DNA from: Octopus sinensis
Lineage: Eukaryota
Reading direction: 5' to 3'
DNA: 64,000 nucleotides
NCBI RefSeq assembly: GCF_006345805.1
Contig: NC_043009.1
Location: 35,588,001 to 35,652,000, forward strand
The translations under genes were made by a program, and so were the position numbers. The stretch's first letter is position 1. Every line of letters starts with the position of its first letter. The notes under the pieces were generated by a model. The model saw only the letters and a program-made list of their open reading frames with translations, was not told where the DNA came from and did not search any database. Shown piece after piece: positions 53,701 through 64,000 of the stretch.

Positions 53701-55300
53701 TTTTAAGCATAAATGATGTAGGTATGTATGTATGTATCTATGTATCTATGTACGTACTTGTATATGTATGTATATGTGTATATATGTGTATGTATATATT
53801 TATGTATATGAGTTTATGACTGTTATTCACGCATTTTTATATAACATGTTCATCTATATACAAGCATATAAAAATTATGCAGCTATGTATATAAGTTCAG
53901 AGACTTGCGTAACCTACACACACTTTCGACGCACATATGTACGTGCACAAAAGCAAAGATATTAATGTATTAGCAGCTCGAATCAGATGTGCACTACAAC
54001 TTTCAAGGTTTCAAAAACCTGTCTGATCATTCAGATACAATAACACTGAATAGTGGCGAAGTGACGGACCTGAAAGGGCAGATTTTTGAATAATATGTGA
54101 AACTTGTTTCTGTGAGACGTCTGGAGTTACACGGTAAACATTGGTACTTAATGACGGATAGGTGTTGTAATTAATGTCAAGTAGCTTCTTCATCAGTTCC
54201 TCGCCTTATGTTAAAGCTCAACAAGGGCACTTATGATAATATTTGCACACTTAGGTGGGGATAGGGATTTTGCTACTCGTATATTCTATACAATAGATGG
54301 GCATCTGGATAATTAACTACTCGCTAACCAACATATTACAATTCCTATCACTAACCTTCTGGTGTTACCAGAATGTTTTCTAAATATGGTCGTTATATTT
54401 GACCCCCAACCACCAAGGTCCTACAAAGCACCTATTTTTTTCTCCTCAGCTCATTTCTGATGCATTTTGTTTTAACGGATCTACAGCAAAATTTATCCAG
54501 ATTCTTCCATTCCCTCTATTTCTTTCCTTCTAATGATCTACCTTAATACTAGGAACCTCCATTTCACTTCTACATATGTATATACAAAGTGCCTGCAGAA
54601 TGTTATGGATATTTCCATTCCACACATGCCCACAAGATTTCTGTCTCAAACTTGCAATAAATTACTAAAGACCATTTTTAATACACATTTCAGAATATAT
54701 TTTTTAAAAATCAATCACAGTTACTATCTGTATGTGTTTTAGCACTGAAAAAGATATTTGTTGTCATAGTTAACTACAGTAAGTCTTGCTTTTATAGTTA
54801 ATAAATTATTTAGCATCCGCACAAATATCACTTAAAGAAATTCTGATATCTAAGCATTCATGGTGCCAAGTTTATTTACACATAACTACCAATATTTTAT
54901 CGTCTTCCAGCATATGATACCAGGATTTTGTTTTAAGCAGCAGCTCTTCCTTGATATAATCCGCATCAACAGAGTTTATGTTGATAAAAAGGAAAATAAT
55001 GACAATGTCTCAATAGATAAAAACTATAATTGTATCTCATTGAATCTAATGAGCTGAATATTTATGGTTTTTATTCAAACATTGTGCAGCTGCAGATTAA
55101 CCACTTAATAGAAAGAAAATGGCTTGAACTCCCAGTAGGATTAGTTTTAAAATATCCAGGCAAGATATTAGTAACGATAATGGTATTTAAAACGAAGCAA
55201 TTTTAACTAAAACATAATTCCATCTAGATGTCTGAAAGCACCTTTAAAAACAATACTTTATGACAAAAGCAAAAGGATATAAGACGTATACATATATAAG

Positions 55301-55467
55301 TACAGGAGTGGCTGTGTGGAAAGTAGCTCGCTTACAAACCACATGGTTCCGGGTTCAGTCCCACTGCGTGGCACTTTGGTCAAGTGTATTTTACTATAGC
55401 CTCGAGCCGAGCAAAGCATTGTGAGTGGATTTGGTAGATGGAAACTGAAAGAATCTCGTCGTATATA

Positions 55468-55500
<33 letters not shown>

Positions 55501-55705
55501 ATATATGTATGTACGTGTGTGTATATGTTGTGTATCTGTGTTTGTCGCCGCAACATCGCTTGACAACCGATGCTGGTGTGTTTAGGTCCACGTAACTTAG
55601 CGGTTCGGCAAAAGAGACCGATAGAATAAGTACTAGGCTTACTAGGCTTACAAAGAATAAGTCCTGGGGTTTGACGACTGAAACACGTAAAAGAATAAAA
55701 GAATA
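55301..55705 (+). mobile_element. Full-length family B SINE with an internal (TA)/(TG) tract
   Basis: ggagtggctgtgtgg..aaccacatggttccgggttcagtcccactgcgtggcactttggtcaagtg..(ta)n..aaaagagaccgatagaataag..gtaaaagaataaaagaata. Confidence 0.95.
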
Positions 55706-57227
55706 TATATGCATTAAAATAATTAAATAGTAAATTCAATTTACTAATAATACTTCGCAGTCACAGTTCACCGAGGTAATCGACAATACGCAACGAAATA
55801 CAAACAAGATAGGAACGTAGCAGGTGTAGAAGTGGCTATATACCACCATTGTGTTTCACATCCGATATCTGACAATTAGATTTCCACCTATCGGTAAAAA
55901 GGAGGGTGAGATATATCTAGATAACATTAATAAGTAAACAGAATGATAATACAAAGCCATCATAAAATGTCCGCCCCCATTCTCAATATACGATACAGAC
56001 ATGCTATGAGACATAAATTCACTGAAAATGGTCGTCATTTTCATATGTGTTGATAGATTGTCACACATTCTTCAAAATCTGTTTCTTTTTAATTAAATCT
56101 GAAAACATAGAAAGTGCCAAACAGTAGTCGTTTCTTATCTTGAAATCACTGCATTTACCACTAAACACAAAGAGTTGGCAACGAAGGTTTCAGTTCTCAA
56201 GGTGTTTAACATACTCGCATAGTTTCTCAAAACCTTTACGAACGGAAACTAAAACGTAAGATATAATAGGCTCATTGGAACCAACACAGACACGTTTCTG
56301 GATAATTTTATTAGCCTTATGCGGAATCTTTTTTGGCTTACATTTCTACTCAGCACCCTAACATTTTTGCGAGAATATTAAACACCTTGTACAGTTTCCA
56401 GTATTTGAAGTTACCCTCACTATATGTACTCTTCGTTTTAACTGGCAACGAAAAGCTATTGATATTTTATTTTTTGTTTTTAGTATTTGCACATATTTTA
56501 CAGCTATTAAATTCGAATTCATTTTACATTTTTGATCTTTCTACAGGAACATTTCTTGTATTATACAAGAAAGAAAGTACTTCTAACCTCAGCTTTAAAT
56601 CAAGAATTTATCAGCCCGAGCTATTGTTATTCTCATCCAGTTTTATCAATAATTTTTCATTTGTAAAATATTTCCTGTCGACGTGTAATACTTTACGATT
56701 TCATTTTCAAATTTCATTTTTTCTATTGTTGTTTTGAAATATATAAGGTGGCGGAGTTGTGATTTACTACGAGTAAATATACATCGAATCAGCATTAACA
56801 ACGAAAAAATAAAAAAGATGAATATTTGTTGAGGAAGACATGATAAATCCTCGATGGGATAGAAATATTTAACATACATTGATACTAGAATTATCCAAAT
56901 ATAAGTTCGTTTTCTTTTTCTGGCGTTGATGTCATAAATTCTCTATAGTGCAGCAAATCTTCACAGGTATAAGTCTTGCAATAAGGCAGGTTTACTATGT
57001 TGAATAGTCTAGTTTGATATATTTTTGTCCAAAATTAAAGAGCTTTTTCAAGGATATATACCAGAGTATCATGTGATACGTTATGGAATTTTCCCCCAAA
57101 ATAGCCATTCATGACCCCGGTATTACGTATGCATATAAACATACATATATACACATACACACACACACTCACACACACACACAAACACACACACACAAAT
57201 ATATATATATATATATATGCATTTATT

Positions 57228-57262
<35 letters not shown>

Positions 57263-57325
57263 CCGCACACATACACGCATATATATATTTGATGTATACA
57301 CACACACACACGAATATATATATAA

Positions 57326-57535
57326 GTTAATCCAAACACGAAAACACAAAGAGGAAACACAACAACGCGAGGACGTGGAACAAATATAGTATTATTGGAC
57401 GCTCAGGAAGGAAGGGAAGAAGGAGGGTTTAACGTTTCGAGCGGAGCTCTTCGTCAGAAACATAGGAAAAGGAAAGATCCAGAGAAGGGAAGACGGAGGA
57501 AAAACATCGCCAACGGTACACACGCGGTCACCCCT
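57326..57535 (-). mobile_element. Penelope-type terminal repeat element (about 210 bp)
   Basis: Homologous to 1014-1133; carries an intact hammerhead motif; abuts (TA)n at 57315-57323. Confidence 0.75.
57427..57461 (-). ncRNA. Minimal type-I hammerhead ribozyme motif
   Basis: GTTT-CTGACGA-A-GAGC TCC GCTC-GAAA-CG-TT|AAAC: 4-bp stem I, 4-bp stem II, palindromic ACGT stem III. Confidence 0.7.
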
Positions 57536-58161
57536 TACACGCTAGAAAGGGCAGTTAAACCCAACCTTGAAAAAATAAGTCTAAAGGCACGCCGATAAAG
57601 CACTAGAATGAAAGGAAATATTTTATTTAGTTAATCTCAAACTCGAGTTTATTAATGAGCAAATAAATGAATTTGTCATTCATAGTTGGTCAGTGGGATC
57701 AATCAATAAACAATACATAATTATGTAACATTAATGCGTACCATAAAAACACGCGCGAACTACATCCTTATAACATTATGGTTTGAAATCAAGCGTGCAG
57801 GCGCATTCACATAGCCAGCAGCAAATTGTTAAGTTTTAAAAAGTGCGTAATATAAGCCACAGAATTGGGAAGTTTTACTGTGTAAATCAAAAGGGTATAA
57901 AATTAGAATAATTTATTACCGGTGGCTCGCACGCATAATAAAAGTCATTAGACAACATATTTTTATATATAAGATTGCATATAGATATATACACAAAGAG
58001 AAGACCTATGAGTGAGTAGACCAACAGAAGAAAAGGGCACTCAAGACATTTATGCACACACATACACATATATATATATACATACATATATTACGTGTGT
58101 GTATGAGTATGTGTGTGTGCATGTGTGTGCGTGTTTGTGTTGTTTGTGTGTGTGTGTGTGT

Positions 58162-58960
58162 ACAGGGTATTTGAGCTCTAAATGACAATCTGCATAAAAG
58201 GAAAATAAACATCATATCCCATCCCATAAATTCAAGTATTTTCAAAGATCAAAAGCTTTCAATTAGATTACAGCTGAGAGATAAAATTTTACTCCATGCA
58301 GCTGCTCTCAGCTTTTACCTCCGCTCCAAGACGACGCTGGAACTTAGCGCATGCGTTTCTCACAGTATTGTAAAATCTTTGAACACCTCCTTGATCTTGT
58401 CCAACAGTCGGCCGTACGGTAGCTGGCAGAGCGGTTGGTGTGTTTCTCACTGCATTCCACGCATAGTAATCCATTAGATTACAATCAGGGTAATTAGAAC
58501 GACAAAAATTGCGGCTGGTCAACTTGTAAACATTCTCCAAGAACCACTTCTGACTCTTTTCAGGGTTATGGCAAGGAACCATATCCTGCTATCACATATA
58601 TAGCCTTCCATAAGCAAGCTCTCCAAGCCATGGTTTGGCTGTCTGAATTTGCTTTTGTATTTGTACCAGTGGTAGGGAGTGTTTTCGTTCCGGCCCAGCT
58701 CCAATACCCATTTTTCTGGCTTTCTTGCTAAAGCTCGGATTCCCTTGCTCGGATTTTCCACGACCTTGTCCTGCAGTTGTTGGGTGTATTCTTGCGTACT
58801 AATATATTCAGAACGTCTTGAGAATAGATGGACATATCACGTGATCTGTGTGTTACAATTAAATAGAAGATTGTATGACATATTTGCCAGCTACATTTGG
58901 CAACCAATGACATCTAATCCTATTGTGATATTGTTATATACTGTCATGCTACTTCTCTTT
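58162..58960 (-). mobile_element. Decayed Tc1/mariner-superfamily element, same family as 22916-23690
   Basis: SQKWFLEN..SNYPDCNLMDYYAWNAV; terminus ta|cagggt. Confidence 0.75.
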
Positions 58961-59428
58961 ACTCGTTTGAATATTCGGCAACGTGAGGACTAAGTGAATT
59001 ATACTGGTGTCACGTTTAGACTTGAGCAGAAACACATGAGTAATAAACGTGTAGAAAACTATCTGAAGCAAGTCGCGCCATCTTTAAATAATGAAAGTGA
59101 CGTCATGAGAACCAGTGCAAAAGGTCGATCGTACATGTCTTCAGGAGAAAGTAACAGATGGAAAAGAAAAACAAAACTGATAGACGAAACAAGAATTGTC
59201 CTCTCTAATAAACAAATATATTTTTTCTCTGATTCCGACATTTCAGATTAAATTACTTTCAGAAAACACCAGTTAATCACAAATTTTGATAGTTTAGGGG
59301 ATTCGCACACGAAACTAATAAACACATATGTATGTGCATGTGTGTGTTTGCATTGCATGCGTACAAAAGTGTGTGTATGTAACAAATATATTACTCTGTA
59401 TATACATATATATATATTATATATATAT

Positions 59429-59523
<95 letters not shown>

Positions 59524-59770
59524 GACATATATACACACATTGTATTCGCTGTACATGTACACATACACATGTATGTATGTATGTATTTGTATTCCCGTGT
59601 GTAAATGTCTGAAAACTTGCAATAAATGTGATTAACTCGACTTTTCTAGAAGTAATTTAAGACAGACTGTCGTAATCTGAGAAAAAATATATACGTCTAT
59701 TATTGCTTCGCCAATCAGTTTCGTTTTTCTTTTCACTCTGTCATATCTACATATATATGTGTGTGTTTGA

Positions 59771-59810
<40 letters not shown>

Positions 59811-60409
59811 ATGTGTGTGTTTGTGTGTGGTGTGTGTTTGTCTTGTGCTTGTGTGTTTGAGTGTGTATGGTATTGCACAATTCAATATACACAGATAGAC
59901 ATGCGCATATACACACTTGAATACAAGTATGTGCATCACATGTACCTTTACATGAAAATTCCTTGACTGTTTGCATATGAGAGGTAACATGTAAAGTGTG
60001 AAACCGGAAAAAACGGAGAGGGAGGGAGGGAGGGAGAGAGACAGAGAAAGAGAGACAAACAGGCTACGAACGTCAGTTGTATTGAATTGATTACTTTGAG
60101 AAATAGGATGGAGGTGTTTGTTAAATGTTGAACGTTACGTATGATCCTACAGCTGAGATTTTATTTTAAAATATATGATGAGTAAAGTGCAAGCTAAAAT
60201 AATTCTTATGTGAGTATTCTGTTTTAAGAGTACAATAGTTGTAATTGTATTTTATGTTTTATATGTTTCTAGTTTCTTGGATACCAGGAAGTATATTACC
60301 CAACGTTTACTTTATTTCCGCAAGTCAATGACTTGAGTAACAATTGACTGCTATTTTTAAGATATCAGTCGATCACATTGAAGTTGTTTTGTCGGCACAT
60401 AACCCGTTA

Positions 60410-60500
60410 CACACTGGGGTCGATGTAATCGACTTAATCTGTTTGTCTGTCCTTGTGTTTCCTCTCTGTGTTTAGCCCCTTGTGGGTAGTAAAGAAATAC
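60410..60500 (+). mobile_element. Family A SINE 3' fragment
   Basis: cactggggtcgatgtaatcgacttaat..gtgggtagtaaagaaata. Confidence 0.85.
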
Positions 60501-60889
60501 ATATACAGCTCAAGTATGTGGGAAGAACGGGAGGCAGAAACGATATGGTCAGTTCTAGTGAACTACGCCCAGTTCTTCAAGATAGCTCGGGTCAGTGTTT
60601 GAAGCTAACATAAGTTGTTGTCATTGTTGGTGGCGTTGCTGTTGATATTGTTGTTGGTAGTGGTGTAGGTTGAGGAATTGTTGTTGTCGTTTGTATTGTT
60701 CTTGTTGGGTTTGTTGTTGTTATTATTGTTGAATTGATGTTTGAATTGATGTTGAAGTTATTTTGTTGGCACCAATGATGCTGAGGTTGTTGATTACGTA
60801 TTTCAACGAAGTAGAAAAGAAACTCCAACTGTGACAACCGCAGAAAAAATATCCAAAGTATTCATATTTTAGATCAATATTTTCAGTCT

Positions 60890-61000
<111 letters not shown>

Positions 61001-61397
61001 ACATAAAAATATTAGACCTTAAATTACCAAGTACTGACACAAAGATGCGAGCTCATTTCATTTTGCCGAACAACTCTGCCGGGTTACTGGTATAGAGTGC
61101 ACTAAGCACACGGTTGGCCACGTGCAAAGTGGCGTGCCCAGCTATAATAAATGCTACAACCTTGCCAATACACAAAGAAAAACACTTACTGATGTTTCTT
61201 ATATCTGCCAAGAAGAACAGACTTAACCATCCACCAGCCAGCCGCATGAGCGATTTACAAGGAAAATTACATATAGATAGCCGTTTGTGTGAAAGAATGT
61301 CACCTATAGAACTAAGGCCTACGTGAATTATTACTTAACCAAATTAACTGCATGAAATTTCAAAACATAATCTCGCTTATAAAAATACAAAATATAA

Positions 61398-61432
<35 letters not shown>

Positions 61433-61439
61433 GCAGTTG

Positions 61440-63050
61440 CGGTTAGGTTACCACCACCATGTTGCTGGAGTATGTATGTATAGTTTTCTTTGAGTTTAAA
61501 AGTTCTTGAAAGAGTTCAACTGTTTCTAGATTTTGTGCAAATTCGTTGGTACATAACCTAATGTACCTATTTCTTTACCATAACCTAATGTACCTATGAT
61601 GACAGATAGAAATGAGAATTCATATTCAAGGTACAAGAGTTGTAAGTTCCGCATTAATTCGCCATAAGTGATCTCTTTTTCCTAGACTTTTCAATTTGCA
61701 TTCACATTTGCTGGGCAGCTGCAATCAACGCATACATTTTTTCCCTGTCCCATAGAAGAATATCAGTTATGTTTGTACCGAACTGGTATTTTTGCCGGGG
61801 TTTTCTACTTGTATTCTTTCTTTTTGAACAGGGGAATATCTGCTGGTTCTGACATGCTTATAATATATACATTGTAAACAGTTTTTTCAACTATCATGGT
61901 TCAGGAGCAAGTAGTATCTCACAGACATTTTGGGACAACTGACGATGATACGCGTGCTATCTTCCACACTGGTATAACAGAACCGACATTTTTTATCACA
62001 ACGTAGAGGTTTGGTGGTATCTTTGTACTTTTTGTTTATCAGGTGGGGATCTCCTGTTCCTGGATAGCGAAGCCATATCTTTCTAGGTGGGATACAATGT
62101 ATTTATTATAGATCCAGGAGAGGCTATTCCCCTATTCAATGCTGATCTTGCTCTCTAGCTTACAGGTTACGTACACATACATTGCTTTTTGTTGGTATGA
62201 TGCCTGCTTCTCAGCCAAGTTTCTGTTCGAATAGGCCAGTCCAGTCTCCTATGAGTCGCATGTGACATTTGTATTCTCAGGGTAATGGCACAGTAAATTC
62301 TCCAACTATGAAGATGTTGTTCTCGCTTTTGAGTATGCTTGGAATATACACATTTCTTTTTTTACTCTCCAGCAGGTGTTATCCGAGTGATACAATGCGA
62401 CATTCAAAGTCTATTTGGACTGACCTTATACCTCTATCTCCATTATTTCATCCTATGTAAATCCTGTCGTGTCACAGCTAATGTGGAAGTTGCCAGTGAT
62501 GGTCAGTACCTACCTGGTTTTGATGTCCAGGCTGTGTGTCAGATCGACTGTTCCGTCCAATATCACAAATATTAGCACTAGTACTGGTATTGCAAAAGCA
62601 TTGTGAGATATGGTCTTATTAAATGCAGACAACTCTGAGTTTCATATTTTCAGGAGTCTGCAATAGTGTCCTTCCGTTATTCTAGTTTTAATCACTACAT
62701 CAATATATGCAACATTCTCATCGATTCCAAGGTCTTTAATCATCAGGAATAAGCCGTTGCTGTATATGTTCTCAATCTTTCCTTGGGTAACTATCATTTA
62801 TGAGCCTTTACTTTGACCAAACCCATTCCTATATCTCGTGAGAATATTGAGTGTAGTTCTAATTGTCTCTTCACGTTGGTCATATTACCAGAATATAATT
62901 ATGTGGATAACATTAACCTTATGCTTTTTTGCATATCCCAGCATGTAGCCTTGTTATTTTGTTAACAGGACTGACAAAGAATTCACTTCTAGAACATGCA
63001 GCATTACAGATAAATTATCACCTTAGAATATGCTTTAGCAGCCGTCAGTA
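61440..63050 (-). mobile_element. Decayed R4/Dong-like LINE (RT C-terminus to RLE)
   Basis: Minus strand GFAIQEQEIPT (FIxAxQxQxLPT-like), a YLxRHD-like segment, and a 3' IQK-type segment; many lesions. Confidence 0.7.
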
Positions 63051-63096
63051 ATAACTGTGTGGACCATGTTGCAGTCAGTCATTCACTATAACAGCA

Positions 63097-63184
63097 TGAA
63101 TGTATGTATGTTTGTATGTATGTATGTATGTATGTATGTATGTGTGTATGTATGTATGTATGTATGTATGTATGTATGTATGTA

Positions 63185-63215
<31 letters not shown>

Positions 63216-63522
63216 GTATGTATGTATATATATGTGTATGTATGTGTGTGTATGTATGTATGTGTGTATGTATGTATGTGTGTATGTGTGTATGTATGTG
63301 TATGTGTATGTATGTATCTATGTGTGTGTATGTATGTATGTATGTGTGTATTATGTATGTATGCATGCATTATGTATGTATGTATGTATGTATGTATATA
63401 TGTATGCGTGTATGTATGTATGTATGCATGTATGCATGTATGTATGTATGTATGTATGCATGTATGTATGTATGTATATGTGTATGTATGTATGTATGTA
63501 TGTATGCATATGTGTATGTATG

Positions 63523-63553
<31 letters not shown>
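63097..63553. repeat. Long (ATGT)n/(TG)n microsatellite
   Basis: Direct reading; source of the MYVC/IHTY ORFs. Confidence 0.97.
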
Positions 63554-64000
63554 CATTTTGATCTTGTAGCACTGAGATTTCTTTTAGTTGTAAGATTCAT
63601 TTCTGCAATGCAGTGAATAATGACACTTGACTTGGTTGAATAAATTTAATACGGAATGAGATGAATGTAATTTCACTTATGTAGTTTATATTCATTAGTT
63701 ATCTAGAGGATCCGTGGTGAAATATTTTCCTCCATTTCGTCTGCTGCCGTCACAGCCATAAGCTTCGTAAGATCTCACATCAGGATAAAAGGTACATGGA
63801 CAATTACGTATACATACATACACACGCATACATGCACTTACATATATGCAGAACACACACACATAGATATTAATACATAGATGCACTCACATGCTCTCAC
63901 ATATGTATTGGTATATATATATATATATATATATACCAATATGAATGTATACTACGTGAAATATCAATAATATTCTGAAAAATTTTCATATTAATTTATA

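Noticed and set aside
63057-63616. Long MYVC/IHTY ORFs, and all similar HT/CV/IY ORFs in the window
   Set aside because: They are translations of (ATGT)n, (CA)n and (TA)n microsatellites.

Overview
This is AT-rich, repeat-saturated eukaryotic (metazoan) genomic DNA. The SINE families and microsatellite load look like an octopus or other coleoid cephalopod; that assignment is from recalled repeat sequences and was not searched. Nearly all long ORFs in the track are translations of microsatellites. The real coding signal is almost entirely decayed transposons: several R4/Dong-type RLE LINEs, a Penelope-like element (RT + GIY-YIG), two Tx1/L1-clade LINE pieces, a Gypsy RNaseH-integrase-LTR piece, one full-length mariner with TIRs, other Tc1/mariner fragments, Helitron-like ends, and many tRNA-derived SINEs. 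One plausible host-gene first coding exon lies on the minus strand (41230-41386), behind CCAAT and RFX X-box-like motifs. The most interesting signals are: (1) five minimal type-I hammerhead-ribozyme-like motifs in Penelope-type termini, with three different core variants (U3-A8, extra-A CUGACGA, CUGUGGA); (2) a young Tx1 LINE inserted in a (GATA)n tract; (3) apparent partitioning of microsatellite targets between retroelement clades; (4) a small asymmetric-inverted-repeat element present twice. Boundaries of decayed elements are approximate.
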